A stretch of DNA of 64,000 bases from Eledone cirrhosa (lineage: Eukaryota): positions 25,482,001 through 25,546,000 of the forward strand of contig OZ024762.1 in NCBI GenBank assembly GCA_964016885.1, in the 5' to 3' direction. The translations under genes and the position numbers were made by a program. Below the pieces are notes generated by a model. The model saw nothing but the letters and a program-made list of their open reading frames with translations, was not told the DNA's origin and did not search any database. Below, piece after piece: positions 43,264 through 56,368 of the stretch (position 1 is the stretch's first letter; every line of letters starts with the position of its first letter).

Positions 43264-43875
43264 GTCAGGTCACCAGCTGGTGCTACTGGTAACATGTATC
43301 CCAGTACAACCTGTTTCATGGTCGGATCGTTGGCGACTAAACTGGCAACCCCACCAAGGTTTCTTGGTGAGGAGGGTCACTTTGGACATCCTGCAGGACT
43401 AAAAACAAAACCTGTCAAAGGGCAAAGGAGCTCTTAAGAGTCAATGGCCATCCAAAATCACCGGGAGAGATGACCCCTTAGCCTTTGTCAAGGCAGAATT
43501 CTAGGAGAAGGAAAACTCTGATATAACACCTGCAACCCTGATGGTATCCAATGATGTTGACTTGTTCTTCTTTTTGGTAAATATCATCTTGGTTAAGAGA
43601 GTGGGACTGGCTTTGTGCAGTGCCTTTGCTCACTATAAAAGCTTCATGGCACAGGCATTGCTTTATATCTGGAGATCTCTCTGCACTTGTCGTCACATGG
43701 TACCATGGGCCCAGCACTATGTGTCAATAATTGTCACAAGTGTAGTGTTTGTACCAGAGTTTTCAAGTCGCTGGCTGGACTAAAAAGTCACACTCGTTCA
43801 GCGCATCGGTAGGAGTTCTCCTACATGGATATAAAGTAGTGGCCGTACTCGAAAACGAGTTGGCAGCGACCATGT
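43264..43875 (+). mobile_element. Non-autonomous RTE-derived retroelement (copy 2, longest)
   Basis: Structured 5' region; terminal CSVCTRVFKSLAGLKSHTRSAHR* C2H2-like motif; embedded in (TATG)n. Confidence 0.65.
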
Positions 43876-44217
43876 ATGTATGTAGGAATATATGTATATA
43901 TGTATGTAAGAATGTATATATGTAGGAATGTATTTATGTTTTCTCTTTCTCTTAATTTCGAGTATATTTTTTGACCGGCCACCTTCCTAGTGGCAAGGTT
44001 GTAAAAGAAAAGAAATTGTCATCCCTTGAATCGCAAGAATGTTTTGCAAATTTTGTATGTATGTATGTATATACGTATGTAGGAACGTATGTATATATAT
44101 ATATGTATGTATGTAGGAATGTATGTATGTAGGTATGTCTGTAGGAATGTATGTATATAGGAATGTATATATGTATATATGTATGTCGGTGTGTATATAT
44201 GTATGTATGTCGGTGTG

Positions 44218-44546
44218 TATCCAATGATGTTGACTTGTTCTTCTTTTTGGTAAATATCATCTTGGTTAAGAGAGTGGGACTGGCTTTGCGCAGTGCCTTT
44301 GCTCACTATAAAAGCTTCACGGCACAGGCATTGCTTTATATCTGGAGATCTCTCTGCACTTGTCGTCACATGGTACCATGGGCCCAGCACTATGTGTCAA
44401 TAATTGTCACAGGTGTAGTGTTTGTACCAGAGTTTTCAAGTCGCTGGCTGGACTAAAAAGTCACACTTGTTCAGCACATCGGTAGGGGTTCTCCTACATG
44501 GATATAAAGTAGTGGCCGTACTCGAAAACGAGTTGGCAGCCACCAT
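44218..44546 (+). mobile_element. 5'-truncated copy 3 of the same element
   Basis: Near-identical to 43545-43872. Confidence 0.7.
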
Positions 44547-44588
44547 GTCGGTGTGTATGTATGTATGTATGAATATATATACGTAAGA

Positions 44589-44628
<40 letters not shown>

Positions 44629-44635
<7 letters not shown>

Positions 44636-44992
44636 CAAATAACGAAACGAAATTAAATTTCGTTTCGTTTGTAACTCACTTTTGTATGACTGACGCTTAA
44701 ACAATTAAGTTAAAATTGTACATCCACATATGTATACTGAAATACTAGTATGCATATGAATACACACACGTGTACATATGTAGATGTACCGAGTTTTTCA
44801 CTGGACACTTTACTGTGAGTGTTCAGCTAGTCTGTATGTAAACACACAGACAAACCGGTTTTTAGAGTCATACTGGTTTTCGAGGAAATACCTTTCCTCT
44901 ATTCTCCAGAAAGCCAGACAGGAATATTGGACTAGTTTCGATGTTGTTACATCTCATCAGCAATATTTACCTATCCTCCGGCCTTTCTAGAG
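44629..44992 (-). mobile_element. Further copy of the 466-bp HHR element (HHR 44923-44967)
   Basis: Matches 18581-18945; AATATTG-CTGATGA-GATGT/ACATC-GAAA-CTAG-TC-CAATATT. Confidence 0.85.
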
Positions 44993-45370
44993 AAATACGT
45001 ACCGACATGTATATATATATATACATGTCGGTACGTATTTCAGTGTGTATAAATGTATGCAGGAATGTATATATATATGTATGTATGGCGGTATGTATGT
45101 AGGAACGTATGTATGCTTGTATATGTATGTAAGTAGGAATTTAGGTATGTATGTATATATATATGTATGTGTGTATACATGTATGTGTCTGTATGTAGGA
45201 ATGTATGTCGGTGTATATGTATATATGAATATAGGAATGCTTATATGTATGCATATATGTCCGTATGTATGTATATACCTTTATATTTATATACGTATGT
45301 ATGTATGAACAATATAATAAATATATTATATACGTGTGTGAGTGTATATATATATATATATATACATATA

Positions 45371-45411
<41 letters not shown>

Positions 45412-45415
<4 letters not shown>

Positions 45416-45765
45416 AAAGATTGAACGGGAACAAAACAGAGAGGCAGTACGAACAAAGGTTTATTAGTTTCACGCTCTTGAAAGTGGGGTGGTGGTGGGG
45501 AACGACGTGAAAAGTGTGTGGGAAGAGAGGTCCAAGGGTGTGTGGGGGAGTGGTGGAGTGACATAGAGAAAAAAGGGGGTGAGAGAAAACGGTACAAATG
45601 AAATTAAATATAAAAGCATGATAAAAATAAAAATAAAAATACACATGAAGTAAAACAGGTCGTGGAAGAATATGGGGCGTGTAGGGGTGGCGGCGGGTGA
45701 AGTGGGGAGAGGGAGGCGGGGTGTCCGAGCGGGGAGGTCTGAAGGTGGTGTGTGTGTGTAGGTGT

Positions 45766-45804
<39 letters not shown>

Positions 45805-47990
45805 AAAGTAAGAGTTGGGGGAAGAACGGGGTTGCATGTTCAGGAAGAGGTGTGTTGGGGTGGGGTGTAGGTCGGAGTGTGTGTGCGTGTGCGGATAGAG
45901 GGGTGGGGGAGAGGATTCCGGAGGCTGAATGTGTAAATATGTGGTGGTACGCACGTGTGTGTGTGGTATTTATGCGTGTTGTGGATGTAGGTGGCGTGTG
46001 GGGAAAAAAACATTTTTGGGGTCAGTGGGTGAGTCCTTAAAGTAATTCCGTAGAGGATGTGGTGGAATGCTGAGTAATATCCTTGGGATGTGGTGGATTT
46101 TAGGGATCGAGGTTCACATATGTGTAATCCGTAAAGAGATTGGTCGGAAGAGAGGAGATGTGGGGTGCGCGCGCAACAGGATGTGGTCAGAGGGTCAAGG
46201 CAGGAGGAGGGTTGTGTGTCTGTGTGTGCAGGGAGGTGGTCAGAGATAAGGGCATAGCAGCAGTAGGGTAGAATGGTAAGTGAAGAAAGTCGGTGTGTCA
46301 GTGTGTGCGGAGGTGCGGTGGACAGGGGAGAGGATGGGTAGGTGTGAAAGTTGGAGTGCGGAGGGGGGGGTGTATTAGTAGAGGTGTTAGTGGGATGTGT
46401 GTGTGTTTGAGAAAGGGTGTGGATGGAGCGGGGAGAGAAGGTGTGGGGGGCGATGGAGGGAGTGTAGTGTACTGGTGTGTGTGTGCGTGTTTGGATGAGT
46501 GTGTATGTGGTGAAGGGGGTGTTAGTGGGTGTTAGTATACTGGAGGTGGAGAAAGGGTTGAATGCGGGTGTGAGTGGGGGTCAATGGTGGTAGGGTGTGT
46601 AGAGTGGGTGGTGTAAGAGGGTGTGTGTGTTCGTGTGCGTAGGGTTGGGGGGTGTTAGTGATGTTAGTTGCGTGTAGAGTGGGTGGTGTAAGTGGGTGTG
46701 TGTGTTCGTGTGCTTGGGGTCGGGGAGTGTTAGTGGTGTTAGTTGCGGGAGGGTGGGGTGGATGTGTGGGGGTGAGTGTTAGAGGTGGTAGTAGGGTGTA
46801 TGTTTAGTGTGAGCGCGTGTATATATGTACCGGTGGGTGTGTGCGTGTGATAAGGAGGGGGGAGAAGGGAGGGATGTTAGTATGTTAGTTGGGGAAGGGT
46901 GGTCGGGTGTGGGGTGGAGGTGTTAGTATTGTTATTTGTGGGGTGGGCGGTGAAAAGGAGGGGTGTGTTAGTGGTGTTAGTGGGAGATATGTGTGTGGGG
47001 AGGGGTGCGGTCGAAGGCTAAAGGAATAAGGGTGGGGAGTTCAGGCCTGGGGGAGTGTGGGTCTGTAGGGTAAAGATGGTTCGTTTTTCGACCCTGAGGA
47101 GAGTGGCGGGTGTTCCGTGGCATTGGAGTAGGCCACGGACTGTGAGGTGGTGTGCGGAATGTCCAGGGGCACCAAAGTGGCGGGCGATGGGGGAACTACC
47201 ACCGAGACGAATATCTCGGAGGTGTTCAGTAAACCTGTCCGCCAGGCGACGTCCAGTCTGTCCGACGTAAGTCGCGCTGCACTCCGTGCAGCGAAGTCCG
47301 TAGACTAGGTTGGAGGAGGTGCAGCGGAAGGCGTGCCGGACAGAGAGAGAGTGGCCGTTGTGACCCTGGAATGTTGTGGTGTTGGTGATGTCGGGACAGG
47401 TGTTGCAGCGGGGCCTGGAACAGGGAAGGGAACCGGGGAGGCCCGTGGGTTGGGGGTAGGGAGCTGTGGACGAGGACGGTGCGGAGATTGCGTGCGCGTT
47501 TGAAGGAGGGGAGTGGTGGGGCTGGGAAGATGAGGGAGGTGGAGGGGTCGGCTTGGAGGCGTCGGAAGAGGAGGAGGAGGGGTATGGTGGAGGGGAAGTA
47601 GGTGATGGGGAAGGGGAGACGATGGGTGGGTGTGCGGTGGCATGGGGTGAGGGTGGTGGAGCGGTGGACAGCACGGGCGCGGGTGAGAGCGGTGTGGACA
47701 AGAGAGGAGGGGTAACCTCTGCGGATGAAATGGCTGACTAGGGAAAGGGCCTGGGACTCAAAGTCAGCATCTCGGCTAGAGGCGGCGGATCCTGAGCAGT
47801 TGGGAGTAGGGAATAGAGTGTTTAGTGTATGTGGGGTGGGAAGAGGTGAAGTCGAGGTAGAAGGGGAGTCGGTGGGTTTGAAGAAGGCGGAGGTGACGAG
47901 TGAGTAGTGGGAGGGGTCGAAGGCGACGGAGATGTCTAAGAAGTGGACGTGGGTGGTGGAGATAGAGGTGGTGAAGTGGAGGGAGGGGTG
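45412..47990 (-). mobile_element. GC-rich 5'-truncated PLE (RT C-terminus plus GIY-YIG, long 3' UTR)
   Basis: VHFLDI..FFKPTD..SIPYSQLLRIRR; CSRPRCNTC..FRCTSSNLVYGLRC..YVGQTGRRLADRFTEH..PGLN. Confidence 0.9.
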
Positions 47991-48049
47991 GAAGGAGCAG
48001 AAGAAGGAGAAAAAGGAGTAGATATATATATATATATAAAATAAAGTAA

Positions 48050-48645
48050 AATAAATAAGTCAAATGTTTCAAATTTAGCTTCGTTTATTACTGCTATATA
48101 TATTTCGGTGACAGCCATCACAGATTGATTTTTTTAGTTTCAGAAGATCCCGTTAAGAGTGAAAGCAGCGATTCTTTGCTTAAACTTTAATCTGTTATTT
48201 TAACAAATGTTTGCTCTACGGTTCTTATATGTTTGATATATATTTATCCTTATCGAGCCCTCTTTGGATTTTAGTCTAGAAATTTATTATTATTACTATT
48301 TGGCTCCTTCGGTTGAGCACTCTATTGACTTATATTCATCATGCAGAAACAACATCTGAATATTTCTACAAAGAACATACCCGTACCAAGTAAGAAGAAA
48401 TACCTAAAACTCATGATACAGAAAACAGACTCGTTCATTAAAAGGTTGCGTTGGTGTGCTTTTTATTTCGATAACCAGGGAAAAAGCGGACAATAAACAG
48501 GATAAATTTGGGTTTAAAACCTACAATAACCCTCCGAGTAACCCAGCATTGCTACCCTTCGAAAATGATGTCTTGGAACTCATACGCAGTATCAAATTTC
48601 GGAATAGGAGCAATTCCTTCCAGCAGGATCTGAAGAATGAAACAG
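48050..48645 (+). mobile_element. PLE 5' end: pLTR with HHR (48136-48186) and ORF N-terminus
   Basis: MQKQHLNISTKNIPVPSKKKYLKLMIQKTDSFIKRLRW.. then frameshifted KFGFK..PP..FENDVLELIRSIKFR..FQQDL. Confidence 0.8.
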
Positions 48646-48673
48646 TTCTAGTCCTGTAGAAGCTATTTCTATA

Positions 48674-48765
<92 letters not shown>

Positions 48766-48984
48766 CATATTTTGAAGCCCGACAATGCGCGTGAGGTGAT
48801 GAGAGCCAACGCAATAAGAATTCGAGAAATAAAACCACAGACGAAAGAACTGGGGTAAACAGTGAGAACGGTGGTTATCTATACAGTCACACACGTGTGT
48901 GTGTGTGTGTGTATGTGTGACGGACGAACAAACAGTCAGACAGACAGACAGACAGACAGATAGTGAGTGTGTGTGAAACATACA

Positions 48985-49220
48985 TGTACACCAGGTCCGA
49001 ACACAAAGGAACCAAACTGCCACTTTCACTGCCTCCATCTCTCCCACTCTCCCTATCTCTCACATATACACCAGGTCCGGGCACAAAGGAACCAAACTCC
49101 CACTTTCACTGCCTCCATCTCCCCCGCTCTCCCCATCTCTCACATATACACCAGGTCCGGGCACAAAGGAACCAAACTCCCACTGTCACTGCCTCCATCT
49201 CTCCCACTCTCCCCATCTCT
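48985..49220. repeat. 80-bp tandem repeat x3
   Basis: TACACCAGGTCCG at 48987, 49067 and 49147. Confidence 0.9.
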
Positions 49221-49808
49221 AACTATAATCAGCAAATGGTGTCCCACGCACTGGTGGACAGAATAGAGAAGGCGTTTTCCAGAGGATGGTGTGGAAGACG
49301 TACTTGCAAAGCCAAAATATATTCGAATTTTATTTGTTGAGAAAGAAAGTAGCTCATGAACTGATGAGTTGCCATTAGATACGGTGTCTCAGAACGTGAA
49401 CATTTATAAAATATGGCGAACGATTCCGTAAGGGATGAAGAATATATCAGGTCTATTTTTTTTACTTTCTCTTAACAACCTTGCCGCCGGGAGGTTGTTT
49501 CGTTGATAATAAATAAAAAATCAAAAGATATAGCAAAATCGTAGACATCTCTCTTTCTCCACACACACACACATTATATATATATATTCATTTGATTTAT
49601 TGATTTATTGATATTTTATCTGAGTGACCCGAATCTTCCAGATCGTAATTTTTCGGTCGTATGGTTGATTTTAGACATGTTCTATGTGTGTTGGTATTTT
49701 AACGATAGTTATAGCTCTGATTTATCTGAATTATTGAGCCCTCTGCCACTCATTTCGAATTTTGTTTATCGTGAACTCGTGCGCCGATTTTTCGATACTC
49801 GATTATTC

Positions 49809-49877
<69 letters not shown>

Positions 49878-49972
49878 TGAGAAATGTGCATATATATACA
49901 TATCACTGGACAGTTTTATACATAAAATTGCCTAATGTGTCTTTGTGGACGCCCGGTATATATGCACCCACA

Positions 49973-50008
<36 letters not shown>

Positions 50009-50055
50009 CATACAACCACATATATATACACACACATATATATATATACACACAC

Positions 50056-50086
<31 letters not shown>

Positions 50087-50261
50087 TATATATATATACA
50101 CACACACAGACACACATATATATATATATATACACACACACACATATATATACACACTCACATATATATATATATACACACACACATTTATATATATGTA
50201 TATATATACACACACACACATTTATATATATATATTTACACACATGTATATATATACACAC

Positions 50262-50309
<48 letters not shown>

Positions 50310-50549
50310 CAGAGTCGATTCGCAGGAAAAGTGCCATTCCTTTCAAAATAATATCCGCCAAAAATCAATCGTATTTCAGTAGATATTTATTGATTCAGGG
50401 GAGGTAATCTTGTTGACATTTTCGATGCACTTAGTAAGAAGCGTGTTTCCTAAATAGTTTATTTGTCACATGACAATAACAGTTTGACAGAGATGAAAAT
50501 GTAGGAGAAAATAAGGAACAGAATGTAATAACAATAAAATATTGATAAT

Positions 50550-51600
50550 ACTTGTTTCTACTTTAGGCACAAGGCCAGCAATTACCCAGTGCATTACTGG
50601 TACTTTATTTTATCGACCCCGCAAGGATGAAAGGCAAAGTCAAGCTCGGCGGGATTTGAACTCAGATCGTAAAGGGACGTAACTATGCTTGAAAGCATGG
50701 CGTCCGACCCTCTACCGATACTGCCAATCCACTTGATAATACTAATGGTTTTTGATATAGGCACAAGACCAGTAGTCTTGGCGGAGGGGAAAGTTGATTG
50801 AGTCGACCCCAGTGCGTGACTGGTACTTTATTTTATCGACCCCCGTAAGGATGAAAGTCAAAGCTAACCTCGGAGGGATTTGAACTCAGAACATAAAGGT
50901 TCGTAACCACTATGCCACGAAGCATACATATATGGAGAGGGATTTGAGCTCAGACCATAAAGGACGATAACTCTATGCGGCAAAGTATGGCGTCTGACGC
51001 TCTACCGATATTGCCAATCCGCCGCCCCAAAACCACTGTTTCTACTGTTGGCACAAGGCCAGCAATTATCTCAGTGCATTACTGGTACTTTATTTTATCG
51101 ACCCCGTAAGGATGAAAGGCAAAGTTAACCTCGGCGGGATTTGAACTCAGAATGGCAAGGGGTGTAACTCTATGCGTCAAAGCATGGCGTCCGACCCTCT
51201 ACCTATACTGCCAATCCACCGCCTTTTATCGACAAATGATTGTTTCTACTTTAGGCACAAGGCCAGCAATTACCCAGTGCATTACTGGTACTTTATTTTA
51301 TCGACCCCGCAAGGATGAAAGGCAAAGTCAACCTCGGCGGGATTTGAACTCAGATGGTAAAGGGACGTAACTATGCTGGAAAGCATGGCGTCCGACCCTC
51401 TACCTAAACTGCCAATCCACCGCCTTTTATCGACAAATAATGGTTTCTAATCCTGTCAGAAGGCCAGCAGTTTAGGAGCAGGGAAAGTCGGTTAGATTGA
51501 CCCGAGTAGAGACTGGTACTTTAGTTATCGACTTCTGGAAGGCTGAAAAACATAAGTCGCCTCCATGGGATTTGAACTCCGGACATAAAGGGCACAGATC
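50550..51600 (-). mobile_element. Head-to-tail array of ~5-6 tRNA-derived SINEs
   Basis: Repeated ACTGGTACTTTATTTTATCGACCCC and GGATTTGAAC (reverse-complement B-box). Confidence 0.9.
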
Positions 51601-51680
51601 GTTGTGGGCGTCACTCTAAAGATAAATATATATATCTATATTTATACATACATATGCACACGCACACACACACACACACA

Positions 51681-52161
<481 letters not shown>

Positions 52162-52460
52162 CACAGGCATATACATATATACACATTCACACATATATAT
52201 ATAGTGTCTACGTGTTTGCTTTATGTGTGTGTGTGTGGCAGTCACGGGATTCTGTGCTAGTTTTCGTTTGGTGTGATTTAAGAGGGGAAATACCATGATG
52301 GGGGCTGAGAGAGAGATGTGGGATGAGAGTGGTGGGAAATATACGTCTGAAGAGGGAGAGAATGAGAGAGAAAAAGAGTGAGAGAGAAAGAGAGAAGGTG
52401 AAAGAGAGACTAGGAGAGACAACAAACTGATGAAAAGACAACAAAACAGACAGACACATC

Positions 52461-52496
<36 letters not shown>

Positions 52497-52737
52497 GGCA
52501 GACAGACAGACAGACAGACATAAGAAATCTGTTTCACTTTGAAGAAAAAAAAAAATATTTCCACAGATTTTGCGAGACCAAAATAAATATGAAAAACAAC
52601 AAAAATAAAAATAATAATAATGAAACGAAGTTTGAATGATAATGTAAGGAATGGTTTAAAGAATAAATTGTTTTAGCTGGTTCTTGTCAGATATCGATCT
52701 TTTTAGAAATCGAAAAAATAGGTGTGAAGGCACATGC

Positions 52738-52794
<57 letters not shown>

Positions 52795-53048
52795 TGTTTA
52801 TATTTATGTATATATATATTTATGTTTTCATGAATATATACATACATACACACGCACACACATATATATATATATACATATATATATGTGTGTGCGTGCG
52901 TGCGTACATGTGTGGGTGTGTATTTATGAATATTTCCTCATACACATTTATATATCTATCTATCTCTCTCTATATATATAATACACATATATGCACACAC
53001 ACACACACACATATATACATATGTATGTTTATACGCACACACACACAC

Positions 53049-53173
<125 letters not shown>

Positions 53174-53585
53174 GGGGGGGGGGAGAGAGAGATAGAATAT
53201 ATATATATATATATATATATATACGCACAAATATATACATACATACTTATCTTCTTTAAAGTGTCTAGGAGAATGAGAATCCAACAGAGTAATTTCCTTC
53301 AGATCTTCACAAATGTCAAAATTACATACATATTTAAAAAGCTGTATACCTCACACTATATACACACATACACACACACACACACACGTGTGTGGGTGAG
53401 GAGAGATATAGGGAGATAGGGAGACAAAGAGAAAGAGGAAGGGGAAATTAATTATGAAGTGGAATGGACGAGACAGTTTTAAAATATACTCAATATGCAA
53501 GCACTTTCACGTAGCGAGGACTTTTACTTAAATAGAAGTGCTTCGTTCGCTTCAAATCATAGGAGACAAATCTATTCCTGTAGAA

Positions 53586-54249
53586 GAGAGGTTTTCAGAG
53601 TTGGTACTTCCGCCACCCAGGGGCCGTTGAGAAGGTCCAGGGGGTGGGGACTGGGGATAAGGGGGCAGTGTGGGTGGGGTCGGTATAGATGATATAATAC
53701 CATATTAAATATCAAATGATACATATTGTATATAAATGTAGTAAAATAAAAAAATATATATATATTTATTTATACATAGTATAAACAAATATTATTTATT
53801 TATTTATACAAGGGCAGTGCCCCAGCATGGCCTCAGCCGAATGGCTAGAACAGGTAAAAGAGTAAAAGAGTAAAGTATAATATGATATCTATTTATACAT
53901 AGTAGAGCGGTGGATTGGCAGTATCGGTAGAGGGTCGGACGCCATGCTTTGCAGCATAGAGTTACGGCCCTTTACAGTCTGAGATCAAATCCCTCCCATC
54001 GAGTTTAACTTTGCCTTTCATCCGTACGGAGACGATGAAATAAAGTACCAGTAATGTACTGGTGTAATTGCTGGCCCTGTTTAGAAAATAGAAAAATTTA
54101 TTTATTATATATAAATGAACGATTTTGTTTATTATATGTTATTTACAATTTGCTTGTAGACAGGTCTCTTTGGAAATAGCGTTTGGGGGTGCTGGGATTA
54201 TTACCTGGCCTTGTGGGGGGCAGTGGCTCAAAAAGTTTGAGTAGCTCTG
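53586..54249. mobile_element. Decayed hAT MITE with a nested SINE (53907-54095, +)
   Basis: 8-bp TSD CTGTAGAA on both sides; degenerate TIRs; the SINE has A-box TGGCAGTATCGG. Confidence 0.6.
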
Positions 54250-54825
54250 CTGTAGAAGAATGAAGGGTAGGGATCAAATAGACAGACCTGCTTTTACTCG
54301 ACGAGTTATTTTTGATTGTTTGAACCCCTACTCACTCTCCCCTTTCTTTCTTTTTCCTTTTGGAAGGAAAACTTTTGATGCTGGTGTTTTGTATGCATAT
54401 ATATATATATATATATATATAATTGAATATACAAGAGAGATAAACACAAATATAAACATACGTGTGTTCGAATTGTAAAGAAACAAGTTCACTAGGGTGA
54501 TAAAATACTAACTATATCAATATGGTTTTCCAGACTCAATTTAAAACAATAAATCAAGAAAAAGAAAAAGAAACCTATATTGGGCAACTGCCTGAAACCC
54601 CCAGACAGCTATGGGAGCTGTCTCGCAAATTATTTAGCAAAGGAAATCACAAATTTTCTGCTCTTGGGTGGGTGTAAAAATTTGTAATCCCTCCACTTCT
54701 AAGTATATCAGAAGACCGAATGATGTGCCACTATTAAATAACGCACAGAGCTTCAGAACCTAGGGTGTCTCATAAACATACGCTGCTAAAAATAGCAGCC
54801 GGGTTTACACGATATATATATATAT

Positions 54826-55170
54826 TGTTATACTTGGGGAGGGTCATATTGTCCTAATAATATTGCCAGAAATATTTTATAAAAATGACGTAGACATTAC
54901 AGTGCAATACAATACGATGGAAGGAAACATAATAGTACCACTGATGAAGTTGCAGATGTGTAACGAAAGAACATTGATAGACTATATATTTATATATATT
55001 TATATCTGAATTTTTAGCCATTGGTCAAACAATGATAAATATTGATTGCCAAATAAATTAACTATCGAGATATATAAGATACGGAAGCAAAACCAACCAA
55101 ACAGTGAGTGTGTTCTGTTATTATTACTGGCAATATTATTATAACAATATGACCCTCCCTAAGTATAACT
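54826..55170 (+). mobile_element. Mini-PLE with inverted terminal pLTR segment and HHR core (54941-54968)
   Basis: ~45-bp terminal inverted repeat GTTATACTTGGGGAGGGTCATATTG; homologous to 39220-39480. Confidence 0.75.
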
Positions 55171-55244
55171 ATATTTGTTTTTGACACACAATTTCATATT
55201 GAAAACCTTGCAAAACAAATTCATATATATATATATATATATAT

Positions 55245-55445
55245 ATTGGTAAACGGAATAGAAAATGCTGACAAATTGTTCACAGTTGAAAAATGGTTTA
55301 ATTAGGAATAAAAGAGTATTAGTGATTGTATGGGTTAGTATTCAGTTGTGGTTTTAAGTTTTTAAGTTTTCACCGGTTGCGCATTTCTAAATGCTTTTCA
55401 AAAATAATTTTGAGATAGAGTGTCCGTGCTCTTTGCTCTGATCTG
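55245..55445 (-). mobile_element. Solo PLE pLTR (U3-A8/GCAA HHR-like motif at 55367-55405)
   Basis: Diverged direct copy of 55660-55850. Confidence 0.75.
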
Positions 55446-55511
55446 TATATATATATATATATATATATTGCTCTGATCTATATATATATATATATATATA
55501 TATTGCTCTGA

Positions 55512-55544
<33 letters not shown>

Positions 55545-55582
55545 CTCTGATCTATATATATATATATATATATTGCTCTGAT

Positions 55583-55659
<77 letters not shown>

Positions 55660-55663
<4 letters not shown>

Positions 55664-56332
55664 TAAAAGGAAAAGAAAATGCTGACAAATTATTCCCAGT
55701 GAAAAATAGTTTAATTAGGAATAAGTAAAAATTAGTAATAGTATTGGTTAGTATTCAGTTTTGGTTTCAAGTTTTACCGGTTGCGCATTTCTAATGCTTT
55801 TCAAAAATAATTTTGAGATAGAGCGCCCGTGATATTTGCTCTAATCTGATCAGTTTTGGAAATTCTACCTGTTTTATGTAAAAAAAGTGGCCCCAGATGT
55901 ATGAAAAAATTCTTGTGGTCAAAACAATTTTGATTGGTCGGTAGAGGTCATGTGAATGTTAAAAATTGATTTTGCGCCAAATGTAGGTTTGTCTCGGCTG
56001 ATTGAGAAGTCACTGAAAAATAAGTCTTTCAAGACATATATGTGTGTGTGTGTGTGTGTGTAGTAGTAGTAAAGAGGTTCGTTGTTGTGATAATGGTCAG
56101 CAGGGATGTGTGTGCGAACCGCAGCCTGCTGACAGTTCAATTGCCTATTAAGACAAGTGTGTGTGTGTAGCAGAGTAATTCGTGGTAGAGGGATCGGTCA
56201 GTAGGAATGTGTCTGTACGTGTGGGGGGGATATTTTAACATGTTAAAATATATTTTTCAGCTCTTGTCTTATACGAAGTGTGTGTGTGTATACATCTCTT
56301 TGTATGTTAATGTACGCGTGTGTATGTGTGTG

Positions 56333-56368
<36 letters not shown>

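Noticed and set aside
49358-49400. CTGATGA motif
   Set aside because: No correctly placed GAAA or closing stems.
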